Below are positions 11,611 through 22,590 of a stretch of 64,000 nucleotides of DNA, piece by piece. Source of the stretch: Candidatus Fimenecus sp. (GTDB taxonomy: Bacteria > Bacillota > Clostridia > Oscillospirales > Acutalibacteraceae); NCBI GenBank assembly GCA_045655645.1, contig JAZOPS010000051.1, positions 50,536-114,535 on the forward strand, written 5' to 3'. The notes under the pieces are model-generated. The model made no database searches. It was given only the letters and a program-made list of their open reading frames with translations, and was not told the origin of the DNA. Every line of letters begins with the position of its first letter. Positions within the stretch are counted from its first letter, which is position 1. Made by a program: the position numbers and the translations under genes.

Positions 11611-12855
11611 TTAATAATCTTCTGATGCGCTTTTACCTGCTAATTGTCCCGTTGAGAATGCAATCTGCAAGTTAAATCCACCAGTATATCCGTCACAGTC
11701 AATTACTTCACCTGCAAAATATAATCCTTTACAAATTTTACTCTCCATTGTTTTAGGATTGATTTCGCTGATTTTTACACCACCAGATGTAACAATTGCT
11801 TCAGATATATCGTTAAAATCCATAACTGTGAGTTTAATACCCTTAATTACATCAATAAGAGCTTTTCGCATATCTTTTGTAATTTGATTTGCTTTTTCAG
11901 ATGGCTTTATGTGAGCCATCTTAAGTATCGGAACAATCAACGATTTTGGCACAAGCAATGCAAGAATATTTGAAATTGATTTATTGCTGTTATCTGCAAA
12001 ATCTCTTAAAATTCTTGCGTCTAATTTTTCGTGAGAAAGAGCAGGTTTTAAGTCAATATAAATTTCATATCTCGCCTTTTCCATGTTTCGCATGTGAGCA
12101 CTTGCCGATAAAATCATTGGCCCTGAAACACCAAAATGTGTGAAAAGCATTTCAACAAAATCGTCATATATTTCTTTCTTTTTTTGTGAGTCAACGACAC
12201 GAATTGCTACATTTTTTAGTGAAAGTCCCATGCACTCACTACAAAGACCTTCGCGACAAACAAGCGCTGAAAGTGATGGCCTTAATTCAGTTATTGTATG
12301 ACCTACACTTTTAGCGAGCTCATATCCATCACCACTTGAGCCTGTTTTAGGATAAGAAAGACCACCTGTTGCAACGATTACTGCATCAGCAAAATACTGA
12401 TTACCCGATTCAGTTTCTACACCACGAATTTCATTTTCTTCAAAAATAAGCTTAGTGACTCTTTCTGTTTTTCTTTGAACCTTGTTGATAGTTATATATT
12501 TATTTAAAGCATCAACTATATCAACTGCTTTATCACTTACTGGGAACACTCTATTACCACGCTCAACCTTAATAGGTACTCCATAATTTTCAAAGAAGTC
12601 TATTGTATCTTGCGAATTAAATGAAGAAAAAGCACCATATAAAAAGCGACCATTACCGGGAATATTTGAAATAAATTCTTGAGTATCAGCAACATTATTT
12701 GTTACATTGCATCTACCCTTGCCTGTAATCATAACTTTTCGTGCTATTTTTTCGTTTCGTTCAAACAAAACAACTTCTGCACCATTTTGTGCTGCTGCAC
12801 CTGCAGCCATTGTCCCCGCTGCACCTGCACCAATTACTATTACTTTTTTACCCAT
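11611..12855 (-). CDS. HI0933/BaiN-family NAD(P)/FAD-dependent flavoprotein
   Basis: N-terminal GAGAAG dinucleotide fold, TGKGRCNVTN, and C-terminal GLYFAGEVIDCDGYTGGFNLQ. Confidence 0.85.
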   Translation of the reverse strand: MGKKVIVIGAGAAGTMAAGAAAQNGAEVVLFERNEKIARKVMITGKGRCNVTNNVADTQEFISNIPGNGRFLYGAFSSFNSQDTIDFFENYGVPIKVERGNRVFPVSDKAVDIVDALNKYITINKVQRKTERVTKLIFEENEIRGVETESGNQYFADAVIVATGGLSYPKTGSSGDGYELAKSVGHTITELRPSLSALVCREGLCSECMGLSLKNVAIRVVDSQKKKEIYDDFVEMLFTHFGVSGPMILSASAHMRNMEKARYEIYIDLKPALSHEKLDARILRDFADNSNKSISNILALLVPKSLIVPILKMAHIKPSEKANQITKDMRKALIDVIKGIKLTVMDFNDISEAIVTSGGVKISEINPKTMESKICKGLYFAGEVIDCDGYTGGFNLQIAFSTGQLAGKSASEDY

Positions 12856-13723
12856 TATTTACACCATCTGCTTTATCATAAACCTGATATTCATCCCAAA
12901 TGCTTTCAAGTTTGTTGAAATTGTTATAAACTTCTTCACGACGACTGAATGTTACTGCAACAACAAGTGCGTTAATAAGACTCAAAGGAGCAACCAACGA
13001 ATCAACAACAGACACCATATCACTTTTTGCCACAAGAAGTGTATCAGCATATTCTGCAATTGGTGAATCAGCAGAATCTGTTATTGCAATTATTTTTGTA
13101 CCACGGTCATTTATAAAGCGCAATGCATTGATAGTCTGTTTTGAATATCTTGGAAAACTGATTGCAACGCAAACATCATTTTCACTTATTCTAAACATCT
13201 GTTCAAACATTTCACTGGCACTTGAAGTGTCAACTAAAACTACATTTTCAAAAACGGGATTAAGATAAAAATATAGAAAGCTTGCCAATGCAGCCGAACT
13301 TCTCACACCAAGAATATAAATTCTTTTTGCATTATTAATTGTTTCAACCGCTTTAGAGAATTCTGAACTTGAAACGCTATCCAAAGTTTTACGAATTAAT
13401 TCAATATCGCCATTGAGCACTTTTTTAATTGCATCTTGCTCACCGATAAGATTACTTGAAACTTCCATTCTTTGAACTGCTGTGAGTTTTGATTTAATCA
13501 TTCTTTGCAATTCTTTTTGAAGTTCAGGATATCCCTTAAAACCAATTTCAGTTGCAAAACGAACAACAGTTGACTCGCTGACGCCAACTGTTTCACCAAG
13601 TTTTGACGCTGTCATAAAAGCGGCTTTATCATAATTATCTGTAATATATTGAACAAGTTTCTTATGACCCTTTGAAAGTTTTTTATCTGTCAAATCAACT
13701 TTTGACAAAATGAAATTTTTCAT
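12848..13723 (-). CDS. MurR/RpiR-family transcriptional regulator (HTH plus SIS domain)
   Basis: N-terminal HTH_6-like segment (ASKLGETVGVSESTVVRFA) and a C-terminal SIS domain (IYILGVRSSAALA). Confidence 0.85.
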   Translation of the reverse strand: MKNFILSKVDLTDKKLSKGHKKLVQYITDNYDKAAFMTASKLGETVGVSESTVVRFATEIGFKGYPELQKELQRMIKSKLTAVQRMEVSSNLIGEQDAIKKVLNGDIELIRKTLDSVSSSEFSKAVETINNAKRIYILGVRSSAALASFLYFYLNPVFENVVLVDTSSASEMFEQMFRISENDVCVAISFPRYSKQTINALRFINDRGTKIIAITDSADSPIAEYADTLLVAKSDMVSVVDSLVAPLSLINALVVAVTFSRREEVYNNFNKLESIWDEYQVYDKADGVNNG

Positions 13724-13814
13724 CCTTAATCACCCCGAATAATAAATTATTCACTAAATAAATATACAATTTTTGTAAGAAAAAAGCAAGGGATTTTGCA
13801 AGTTTTCCTGCATT

Positions 13815-14993
13815 TTACTGCATTTTTATTGGAGCAAATTTCATTTCAGTTGAGCATGATTCAGAATTTTGCAAAATTAGATTATAAAAATCAGTTGATT
13901 TGTTTTCTAATTCAAAAACTCTGTTAGCATTTTCTGACGAAAGATTTACTATATCAGAATACACTGCAACAAAAGGTAACTTACTGTTTTTTGCTAACGC
14001 ACCCATTGTTTTGCTTGCTTTTGTATTAAATCCTAATACTCTGCAATATGTTGGAACAATTTCAAGGTCACTAGATTTTACATCAAGAATTGTTGACAAC
14101 ACTGCTCTTTTAATTCTTGTATGAGTGTATCGCTTCGTTTTGATTTCATCATAGAGTTTTGAAAGTTGAGTGTTATTTTTCACTGCAGATTTCACTCTGT
14201 TATCTAAGCCTTCACCCAGGTTTGCAATGTCAGTTAAATCGTAGTCAAGTTTTGAACGCAAAATACTGAATGCTGCTAAATCAAACTTTTCTTTAGAAAC
14301 ATATTTTCCGTCTTTTATACTGTCGTTATATAAATCCAATAAATAATCAGGAATATATTTTTCAAACGATTCATTATTGTAGATTAGTTGTCTTATATGA
14401 GTTGCAGATGCAAATTCATCAATAGCGGTAGTGTCGTTATAGCCTGCACCTTTACGGTTAATTGTTATTGGTTCAATTTTAGCACCCAATTTGCGGATTG
14501 CTTTAATGTATTCAATAGCAAGAATATTATTTGGTGTTGAAATATCACAATCAATGTTGTATTTATCAAACGCCATCTGTCGAGCAGCAGGAAAACTTAC
14601 ACCATCATTATAATGTTTTTTAACCTCATCATTAAAATCATCTCGTATTAAAACATCAACTGCTTTATTAAGAGATTTTATGTCTGCACTTTCTGTTCCA
14701 AATGCTAATTTATCGCATCCAAAATCAGATAGAATTTTAACTGCATTAAATGCGAAATATTCTGCAGACGAACTAGCATAAATAAATGGTAATTCGAGAA
14801 CAATATCAATACCACTCAAAAGTGCTGCTTTAACCCTTGTTTCTTTTGAGAAAATTGCAGGCTCTCCCCTTTGAACAAAATTACCACTCATTATTGCTAC
14901 AACAATATCATTTTCAGTTTTAACTGAGTCAATTAAATATTTGTGTCCGTTATGAAAAGGATTAAACTCACAAACAATACCGATTACTGACAT
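13815..14993 (-). CDS. tmcAL: tRNA(Met) cytidine acetate ligase (UPF0348/YlbM nucleotidyltransferase)
   Basis: GIVCEFNPFHNGHKYL HIGH-like motif. Start trimmed to ATG 14993 (MSVIG) behind a GAGG RBS. Confidence 0.8.
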   Translation of the reverse strand: MSVIGIVCEFNPFHNGHKYLIDSVKTENDIVVAIMSGNFVQRGEPAIFSKETRVKAALLSGIDIVLELPFIYASSSAEYFAFNAVKILSDFGCDKLAFGTESADIKSLNKAVDVLIRDDFNDEVKKHYNDGVSFPAARQMAFDKYNIDCDISTPNNILAIEYIKAIRKLGAKIEPITINRKGAGYNDTTAIDEFASATHIRQLIYNNESFEKYIPDYLLDLYNDSIKDGKYVSKEKFDLAAFSILRSKLDYDLTDIANLGEGLDNRVKSAVKNNTQLSKLYDEIKTKRYTHTRIKRAVLSTILDVKSSDLEIVPTYCRVLGFNTKASKTMGALAKNSKLPFVAVYSDIVNLSSENANRVFELENKSTDFYNLILQNSESCSTEMKFAPIKMQ

Positions 14994-15022
14994 AAATAAC
15001 CTCACTAAATGAAGAAAATTAC

Positions 15023-15051
15023 TTGAAATTAAATAAATACAAGTATATAAT
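15023..15051 (+). promoter_or_regulatory. Sigma-A-type promoter of ackA
   Basis: TTGAAA (15023-15028), a 17-nt spacer, then TATAAT (15046-15051). Confidence 0.6.
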
Positions 15052-15105
15052 AATATAGATTTGATTTTACTTCAAGAAAAAAGTAAAAAACGGAGGAAAT
15101 GAATA

Positions 15106-16332
15106 ATGAAAATTCTCGTTATTAACGCAGGTAGTTCTTCACTTAAATATCAACTTATTGATATGACAAATGAAGAAGTTATCGCAAAAGGTATTTGCGA
15201 AAGAGTTGGTTCTGATAATGCTTGTATCAGTTTCAAAACTCCTGACGGTGAAAAAGTTGAGTATGAAGTTCCAATGAAGAATCATACTGCTGCATTTGCA
15301 GAAGTTAAGAAAGTTCTTACTGAGGGCGATTACAAAGTTATTGATGACATTAGCGAAATTACAGCAGTTGGTCACCGCGTTGTTCAGGGTGGCGCGCTCT
15401 TCAACAAGAGTATGCTCGTAACTGACGAAGTTATCAAAGGCATTGAAGAATTGTGTGCATTAGCACCTCTTCACAACCCAGCTCATATTCAGGGTATCAA
15501 CGCAAGTATTGAACTTTTTGGTAAAGATGTTCCACAGGTTACAGTATTTGATAATGCTTTCCATAGCACAATGCCAGCAGAAGCATACACATTCCCTGTT
15601 CCTTATGAATTCTATGAAAAATATCAGGTTCGTAAATATGGTTTCCATGGTACATCACACCGCTTTGTAAGTGCTAGATGCGCAGAAGTTATGGGTAAAA
15701 ACATTGAAGACCTTAAAATTGTTACTTGTCACCTTGGCAACGGCTCATCAATCACAGCTGTTAAGGGTGGTAAGGTAATTGACACAACAATGGGTCTTAC
15801 TCCACTTGATGGTCTTATTATGGGTACTCGTTGCGGTGCTGTTGACCCATCTGCAATTCTTTATATTATGGAAAAAGAAAACCTTTCAGTTAAAGAGATG
15901 GATACTCTTCTTAACAAGAAATCAGGTATTCTTGGTATTTCAGGTGTTGGCTCTGACGACCGTGATGTTAAGGCAGAAGCTGCTTCAAACGAAAAAGGTC
16001 TTGGCGAACGTTGTGCACTTGCAAGAAACATTCTTGCATATCAGATTAAGAGATATATCGGCGCTTACACAGCTGCTATGGACGGCATTGATGCTATCGT
16101 ATTCACAGGTGGTATTGGTGAAAACGCTGATGATATTCGTGCAAAGGTTTGTAAAGAACTCACATTCCTTGGAATTGAAATTGACGAAGAATATGGCAAG
16201 ACACTTGTTAAGGGTGCTGAAGGTGAACTTTCAACACCAAACTCAAAGGTTAAGGTTTATGTTCTTCCTACAAACGAAGAACTTGTTATCGCAAGAGATA
16301 CAATGGATATCGTTAATTCACTTAACAAATAA
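15106..16332 (+). CDS. ackA: Acetate kinase
   Basis: Motifs ILVINAGSSSLKY, VGHRVVQGG and TCHLGNGSS. GGAGG RBS. Confidence 0.95.
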   Translation: MKILVINAGSSSLKYQLIDMTNEEVIAKGICERVGSDNACISFKTPDGEKVEYEVPMKNHTAAFAEVKKVLTEGDYKVIDDISEITAVGHRVVQGGALFNKSMLVTDEVIKGIEELCALAPLHNPAHIQGINASIELFGKDVPQVTVFDNAFHSTMPAEAYTFPVPYEFYEKYQVRKYGFHGTSHRFVSARCAEVMGKNIEDLKIVTCHLGNGSSITAVKGGKVIDTTMGLTPLDGLIMGTRCGAVDPSAILYIMEKENLSVKEMDTLLNKKSGILGISGVGSDDRDVKAEAASNEKGLGERCALARNILAYQIKRYIGAYTAAMDGIDAIVFTGGIGENADDIRAKVCKELTFLGIEIDEEYGKTLVKGAEGELSTPNSKVKVYVLPTNEELVIARDTMDIVNSLNK

Positions 16333-16344
16333 TTTAATTAATAA

Positions 16345-16379
16345 AAAGATTAAGCCGTGCTTTTCAGCACGGCTTTTTT
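16345..16379. terminator. Bidirectional intrinsic terminator between ackA and the GH18 gene
   Basis: GCCGTGCT (16354-16361) pairs with AGCACGGC (16366-16373), with an A-run upstream and a T-run downstream. Confidence 0.8.
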
Positions 16380-16383
16380 ATAT

Positions 16384-17778
16384 TCATTCTCTTGTTTCTA
16401 GTGAAGTTTGAACTGCTTTGAAAAGTGATAAATCGTCTTCATAGGCTACATCACAAGTATAATGCCACACCATTACGCCACCAAGACCATAATCATTTGC
16501 AAATGCTGTTTTATCCTTTATCATCTGTACACCATTAAAGCTAGTAAAAATATTACCGCTTGTGTCACCTGTCATATATGATTTCGAAATCGTATTTTTA
16601 AATGGATTGTTTTCTAAATCACCAGCAATTTGTGCATAAGACGGCCAAGCCTCATCGCCACCGTGCGTTCTACCATAAAAAGGTAATCCCAAATCACACT
16701 TTGATAAATCGTAACCACGCTTTTCAAAGTCTTTAATTGCCAAAACGCCACCAACGGTTGCAAATTCAGCATGAGAACCGTATTCACCCATATTGTCGTA
16801 TGCCATTATTTCAACTCTATCGAGAACTTTTATTGCGTCCCTTGAGATATTGCAACTCCAATGTGAGAATGCAGCGCCAAGAATATAGTCACCCAAATTA
16901 GAATCAAGTTTTACAAGAAAATCTGAATAATCTTTTTTGCTTTTTTGCTTGTAAGGATATTCATAGTCAAAAAAAATGCCATCGAACCCATAAGTTTTTA
17001 ATAAATCTAAAATACCATCAACAAGCACTTCACCATTATCAACAAATGCCCGACTATGTAGTTTTTCTTTATCAGTAGCATCTACACCATCTGGTCCTAA
17101 AATATTACAATGGATTTTCGCATTAGGATTTGTTGTTTTGATGATTTCAATAATTTCTTTGAAAATTTTATCCCCACTTACCATTTCACCATTGATGTCA
17201 AGGTCTTGAAGATATACTTTTCCGTTTTCGTCAAATCGAGCAACACCAAACAAAATTATATCTGTCAATGTGTTCATTTTTTCTATATCTATGTTCTCAT
17301 TACCATAAAACCACTGACAAACCAAATATGATGTCACACGAAAATCTTCATTCTTATTGTCTTTAACATTGAGAATGTCGATATTTTTTAAATGATATTG
17401 ACTTTCATTGGCCGAATCGATGCTAATTTTAATTGATTTGGCAGTATGCTCACCAATTTCACAGTATCGATACTCTCCTACTCTATCTTGCTCATAAACA
17501 GAAACAAATTCACCATTGTCATCTTCTAACCAGATAGAAAACTCAAAAATTTGGTTTCCTTTTTCCTTTAAAACAACTGTATCAAATGTTGTTTCTTCAG
17601 TAAAACGAATTTCAATAAATGTTCCTTCTGTTCCAACCACACCTTTTAAGTTACCGATAATTTCGGCATTTCGCATTACGCTGAAACTATCGATTTTCTC
17701 TGTTTCAAATGTTGATTGACAGGATGTGAAAGTCAATAAAATAACTAATGACAATACAATTGCGATTATTTTTTTCAT
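16384..17778 (-). CDS. GH18 glycoside hydrolase (chitinase/endo-beta-N-acetylglucosaminidase-like) lipoprotein with an N-terminal discoidin-like module
   Basis: GH18 catalytic block FDGIFFDYEYP. Lipoprotein signal MKKIIAIVLSLVILLTFTSCQS. Start trimmed to ATG 17778. Confidence 0.75.
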   Translation of the reverse strand: MKKIIAIVLSLVILLTFTSCQSTFETEKIDSFSVMRNAEIIGNLKGVVGTEGTFIEIRFTEETTFDTVVLKEKGNQIFEFSIWLEDDNGEFVSVYEQDRVGEYRYCEIGEHTAKSIKISIDSANESQYHLKNIDILNVKDNKNEDFRVTSYLVCQWFYGNENIDIEKMNTLTDIILFGVARFDENGKVYLQDLDINGEMVSGDKIFKEIIEIIKTTNPNAKIHCNILGPDGVDATDKEKLHSRAFVDNGEVLVDGILDLLKTYGFDGIFFDYEYPYKQKSKKDYSDFLVKLDSNLGDYILGAAFSHWSCNISRDAIKVLDRVEIMAYDNMGEYGSHAEFATVGGVLAIKDFEKRGYDLSKCDLGLPFYGRTHGGDEAWPSYAQIAGDLENNPFKNTISKSYMTGDTSGNIFTSFNGVQMIKDKTAFANDYGLGGVMVWHYTCDVAYEDDLSLFKAVQTSLETRE

Positions 17779-17833
17779 TTTTTCTAACCCCCATATATCA
17801 AATGGCGATGAAGTTCCCTCCACCGCCATTTTA

Positions 17834-19492
17834 TCAATATGCTTTAATCAATTCTTCGTCTGCTGCAACTTTTTGGCCCGGTTTTTTAGCAACTGCAAAA
17901 GCAATGTTCTTCGAATGGTCACCCACACGCTCAAAGTCGATGAGAGTGTTCACAAACATCATACCAGCACGAGTTTCACAGTGTTCTTCATTAAGACGGC
18001 GAAGATGTGCATTCTGATATTTTTCTTTGAGATTATCTGAAGCGGTTTCAAGAGTTTCAATACGCTTTGCCTCTTCGATTGTGAGTTCTTGCTTTTCAAA
18101 TGAATCAATTGAAGCGTTAAGCAATTCAACAACACATTTACGCATTGTTTCAAGTTCTGCAACCGCCTCGTCAGAAATTGCAAGTTTTTCATTACTGCGC
18201 ACTACTGCTGCTTCACTAAGGTTAACCGCGTGGTCACCGATACGTTCAATATCATTGATTACATGGAACAATCTACCGATATATTTAGCATCTGAATAGT
18301 CCAAATCAAGCGCATTGATTTTAACAAGGTTTCTGGTGATTCCGTGGTTCAAGAAGTTAATAACTTCTTCAACAGATTCAATCTTTTCACCTTTTGAAGT
18401 ATCGTTATTTATAAGCGCTGTTGCTGCACGGTCAAAGTTATCCCTTGCAAGTTTTGCCATTCTGACAACTTCTTTACCAATCTGTTCAACAGCAACCGGT
18501 GGTGTTGTAAGAAGATGTGAGTCATAGAATTTAAATTCAAGTTTTGAATCTTCTGGTTCTTTATCAGGCACAAGAATACAAGCCATTTTGATAATCCAAT
18601 TTGCAAATGGGAACAAAACAATTGTATTAACAACATTGAAGATAATATGAGCTGTTGAAATTTGCGCTGATACATTATCACTTATACTCTCAAGCCATGT
18701 AGTATATGGTGTAAATGCGGTAATAAGCAAGAATATTACTGTACCAATAACATTGAAAAGCAAGTGCATAACTGCAGTTCTTTTTGAATTTGTTTTTGAA
18801 CCTGCCGCTGAAAGAAGTGCAGTAACACAAGTACCAATATTCTGTCCTAAAAGGATATAAACAGCAAACTCAATTGGAACAAGACCTTGAAGCGCAAGTG
18901 CCTGTAAAATACCGATACTTGCTGAAGAACTTTGAATAATTGCTGTGAGCACAAGACCAATGAGAACACCAACAAACGGATTGCTGAAATTTGTCATAAA
19001 GTATGTGAATACTTCTGATTCGCCCAATGGTGCCATACCATAAGCCATTAACTCCATACCAACAAAAAGCATACCAAATCCTGCAACTGTTTGCCCGATA
19101 TGTTTTACGATATCTTTTTTAACAAAAAGCATTGCGAACACACCAATAAGCAAAGCAACTGGTGCAATCATACCTAAATCCATTGCAATAAGCACGCTGG
19201 TAACAGTTGTACCAATATTGGCACCCATAATAACACCAACAGCTTGAGCAAGATTCATAAGCCCTGCATTAACGAAACCAACAACCATAACTGTTGTTGC
19301 TGATGAACTTTGAATTACTGCAGTAACAAGTGCGCCCATAATAACTGCTAAAAATCGGTTTTTAGTAAGGACGCCTAAAATCTTTTTCATTTTTGAGCCA
19401 GCTGCATATTCAAGTCCCTGACCCATAGCATCAATACCGTAAAGGAACAAACCTATACCAGTAAAAAATGACAATACGTTCATTACTTCCAT
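17834..19492 (-). CDS. Na/Pi cotransporter-family protein with a C-terminal PhoU-like domain
   Basis: Duplicated QSSSA(T/S) motifs in the TM region, and C-terminal PhoU-like helices (ERIGDHAVN, ERVGDHSKN). Confidence 0.85.
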   Translation of the reverse strand: MEVMNVLSFFTGIGLFLYGIDAMGQGLEYAAGSKMKKILGVLTKNRFLAVIMGALVTAVIQSSSATTVMVVGFVNAGLMNLAQAVGVIMGANIGTTVTSVLIAMDLGMIAPVALLIGVFAMLFVKKDIVKHIGQTVAGFGMLFVGMELMAYGMAPLGESEVFTYFMTNFSNPFVGVLIGLVLTAIIQSSSASIGILQALALQGLVPIEFAVYILLGQNIGTCVTALLSAAGSKTNSKRTAVMHLLFNVIGTVIFLLITAFTPYTTWLESISDNVSAQISTAHIIFNVVNTIVLFPFANWIIKMACILVPDKEPEDSKLEFKFYDSHLLTTPPVAVEQIGKEVVRMAKLARDNFDRAATALINNDTSKGEKIESVEEVINFLNHGITRNLVKINALDLDYSDAKYIGRLFHVINDIERIGDHAVNLSEAAVVRSNEKLAISDEAVAELETMRKCVVELLNASIDSFEKQELTIEEAKRIETLETASDNLKEKYQNAHLRRLNEEHCETRAGMMFVNTLIDFERVGDHSKNIAFAVAKKPGQKVAADEELIKAY

Positions 19493-19505
19493 ATCTTTCT
19501 ACTCC

Positions 19506-21089
19506 TTATTTTGTCATTTTAATTTTTTCATTATATTTGAATTCATTACCTCGATTACCAAGATGGAAAGTAGATTTATTTCTTACTTTGAACCACATCT
19601 TTTTCTCAATTCTTGAATAATTGATATTTTTTGATTTCATATACATCTTGAAGAAATCAAGGCGTTTATAGAAATCTTTATAATTCTTAAACTTATCTTC
19701 AGTCCACGCACCCTCGGCAAATGCAAAGATTCTTGGATATACTGCAAACTGCCAAGCCTTTTCGTTATCAATCCATTCTGACCAAGATTCAAACTCTACA
19801 CCAAGGACTTTTTTATCATTTACAAATCCTGATTTTGCTACATTGTAGTTGTAAACTTTTTTAAGCGGTGCACTTGCATAAGAATAATCAAAATACAAAG
19901 TAGGACAAGTTGACACAATAAATTTGCGCTTATCGTTTTCTTTTTTTACCCATGCAGGTGTGCGATAAATCCAATAGTGACCGATAATATCACTGTCTGT
20001 ATTTTCACCGATACCATCGTTCCATTCTATACTTTTTTTACCTAATTTTTTGAGCATATTATTAAGACGATTATTAAAATACACCTGCAAATCTTTACCT
20101 TTTTCAAGACCAAGTTCTTGCATTTTCTGTTTACATACGGGACAATCTCTTTCCCAGATTTTATGACCTTTTGCCGCTTCGTCACCACCCATGTGGAAAT
20201 ATTCATACGGAAACAATTCACAAACTTCTGTGAGAAGCTTCTCAACAAAATCATAGGTTTCTTCTTGACCAGCACAAAGGACATCTTTAGTAATTCCGTT
20301 TTCACAGAATACTTCATATTCGCCTTTAAGACAAGAAAGTTCAGGATAAGCCGCAAGAATAGCAACAGTATGTCCTGGTAAATCGATTTCAGGAATTATA
20401 TCAATACACAAGTTCTTTGCATATTCAACAATTTCACGGATTTCACTCTTTTTATAATAATGAAAATACTCTTTGCCATCCTTTGACATTTCAGGATAAA
20501 GAAGATTGTTACATCCACCAAGAAGTTCATACTTTCTTTTACTACTGATTTCGTTGAGAAGTGGAAAAACTTCACTTTCAATTCTGTACCCTTGGTCATC
20601 ACTTAAATGCCAATGAAATTTGTTAAGTTTCAATAAAGCCATACTGTCAAGTGCACGCTTTACTGCATCAACACCAAAAAAGTGACGTGCTTCATCCATC
20701 ATTCCACCACGATATGAGAATTTGGGATAATCATAAATATCCGCACCATTTAAAACTGCAATACCGCTCTCTTTTTTTGATTGCATAATCATAATTTTGA
20801 GAGTTATAGCACCATAAAATGCACCGTTCACATCTGATGCACTAATTACGATACCATCATTGCTGATTTTTAATTTATAACCTTCACTATGAATAGTATT
20901 ATCTTTATTAATTTTGATTGCACCATTCTGCGCATCTTTTTTTGTCTGTAAAAATTGAGAAAGATAATTCCCTGCTTTTACAAAATCAGGATTGCAAAGA
21001 ACAGCAGTTTCAGGTGTTACTGTGTATGTACCATCTAAAACTTCATATTTTTGTGGTTTAGGAATAATGCTATATTTAGGTGCTTTCAT
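19506..21089 (-). CDS. GH20 beta-N-acetylhexosaminidase
   Basis: Motifs HWHLSDDQGYR and FHMGGDEA (catalytic D-E). No signal peptide seen. Confidence 0.85.
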   Translation of the reverse strand: MKAPKYSIIPKPQKYEVLDGTYTVTPETAVLCNPDFVKAGNYLSQFLQTKKDAQNGAIKINKDNTIHSEGYKLKISNDGIVISASDVNGAFYGAITLKIMIMQSKKESGIAVLNGADIYDYPKFSYRGGMMDEARHFFGVDAVKRALDSMALLKLNKFHWHLSDDQGYRIESEVFPLLNEISSKRKYELLGGCNNLLYPEMSKDGKEYFHYYKKSEIREIVEYAKNLCIDIIPEIDLPGHTVAILAAYPELSCLKGEYEVFCENGITKDVLCAGQEETYDFVEKLLTEVCELFPYEYFHMGGDEAAKGHKIWERDCPVCKQKMQELGLEKGKDLQVYFNNRLNNMLKKLGKKSIEWNDGIGENTDSDIIGHYWIYRTPAWVKKENDKRKFIVSTCPTLYFDYSYASAPLKKVYNYNVAKSGFVNDKKVLGVEFESWSEWIDNEKAWQFAVYPRIFAFAEGAWTEDKFKNYKDFYKRLDFFKMYMKSKNINYSRIEKKMWFKVRNKSTFHLGNRGNEFKYNEKIKMTK

Positions 21090-21832
21090 TATTCAATCTC
21101 CTTTAATACTTGACGGCAAAAATCAGGAATATCTGTAATCAATGCGTCGCATCCCCATTTTGCAAGTCGAATAATATCTTCTTTAAGGTTAACTGTCCAT
21201 GGATTAACTGCAATTCCAAGATTATGCAGTTCTATTATTTCTTTATGTGTAATCAAATCTCTGTGTGGATGTGCTGCATCAGCCTTTAATTGTTGGCAAT
21301 ACTTAGCCACACCAAAAGTCATAATCTCATTACCTAACTCATCATTTTCATAAAGAAGACCTGTTTTTAAGTTCTTGTCTATTTCTTTGACTTGTCTGAT
21401 ACATTCAGGGTCAAAACAAGATATGATTGAGTTTTTCTCAATGCCAAATTTATAAACTTCTTCAACAACTCTTTTAACAAGGTCACTGTCTTTTTGTGGT
21501 GCTTTAATCTCGATATTGATTAAATTCATGTTTTTAACTAAAGATAAAAGTTCAGCAAGTGTTGGTAGTGTTACACCTTTAAAGTCATTAGAAAAATAAG
21601 AACCGAAGTCCAATTGGCGTAATTCTGCAAAAGTCATTTCGTCAATAGAACCCTTACCGTTTGATGTAGCATCAACAGTATAGTTATGACAAATAACGAT
21701 TTCGCCGTCCTTACACAAATGAACGTCGGTTTCGATTCCGTCTGCGTTAAATTGTATCGCTTTCTCAAAAGCAGGTAATGTGTTTTGCGGTGCTACTTTA
21801 TTTGCGCCGCGATGTGCTAACACAAGGGGCAT
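21089..21832 (-). CDS. Glycerophosphodiester phosphodiesterase
   Basis: VLAHRGA and IETDVH motifs. Start trimmed to ATG 21832 behind an AAGGAG RBS. The stop overlaps the GH20 start (TAATG). Confidence 0.85.
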   Translation of the reverse strand: MPLVLAHRGANKVAPQNTLPAFEKAIQFNADGIETDVHLCKDGEIVICHNYTVDATSNGKGSIDEMTFAELRQLDFGSYFSNDFKGVTLPTLAELLSLVKNMNLINIEIKAPQKDSDLVKRVVEEVYKFGIEKNSIISCFDPECIRQVKEIDKNLKTGLLYENDELGNEIMTFGVAKYCQQLKADAAHPHRDLITHKEIIELHNLGIAVNPWTVNLKEDIIRLAKWGCDALITDIPDFCRQVLKEIE

Positions 21833-21927
21833 AGTCTCCAACTCCTTGGATGAATAATCGCAGTAATCAAAAAATTCCAAATTACCACAAGATTATATTA
21901 CCAAAAAAGTACACCATTTGTAAAGTA

Positions 21928-22536
21928 TTATTTTCTTTTCAGCAAATCTTCTAAAATTTCAACTATTTTGAATTTGAATTTATATTTTTCGCTATTGGTT
22001 ACAATATCAGTTTCGTCATCATTTAGCACATCTGAAAGTTCACATTCAGCATTAGCAGCAGGTAAACACATGGGTGGGAACATCACACACCACCAATTTT
22101 GTCCTTGCCCTTCCCCTATTACTACTTTTACTGCGGTGTAGTATCCAGCAGGTAAAGTAACAGAGTTATCATAAATTCGGGTTTTGAAATATTCTTCACC
22201 AACTGTGATTTTTACTTGATAATCAAAACCTTCTTTTTTTATAGTTTCAAGTGCAACATCTTCAAGCTCTTTTATATGTGGTACAAGTATTTTTTCTGCA
22301 TCCTTACTTGTAACTGAACCATCAAAAAGTTCTTTGCCTTCTTTTAACACAGCATCTCGCACTTTAAGTTTTAGCTCTTGGTCTTCAACGCTATCCGAAT
22401 TGGCAATTACATGCATGCGAAGCATTTTATCTCTAATACTATCACATTGTTTTGAAAATGCATTTACATTTATTACGCAACAAAGTACTAATGCAATTAA
22501 AACTGATATTTCAATTCTAAATATTGTTTTTTTCAT
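21928..22536 (-). CDS. spoIIR: Stage II sporulation protein R
   Basis: Motifs LRMHVIANSDS and QNWWCVMFPPMC are characteristic of SpoIIR. N-terminal signal/anchor present. Confidence 0.85.
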   Translation of the reverse strand: MKKTIFRIEISVLIALVLCCVINVNAFSKQCDSIRDKMLRMHVIANSDSVEDQELKLKVRDAVLKEGKELFDGSVTSKDAEKILVPHIKELEDVALETIKKEGFDYQVKITVGEEYFKTRIYDNSVTLPAGYYTAVKVVIGEGQGQNWWCVMFPPMCLPAANAECELSDVLNDDETDIVTNSEKYKFKFKIVEILEDLLKRK

Positions 22537-22590
22537 AAATTCACTCCTTTGAGTGAATTATTGACATATTAAAATACTTTTAAACAAAAG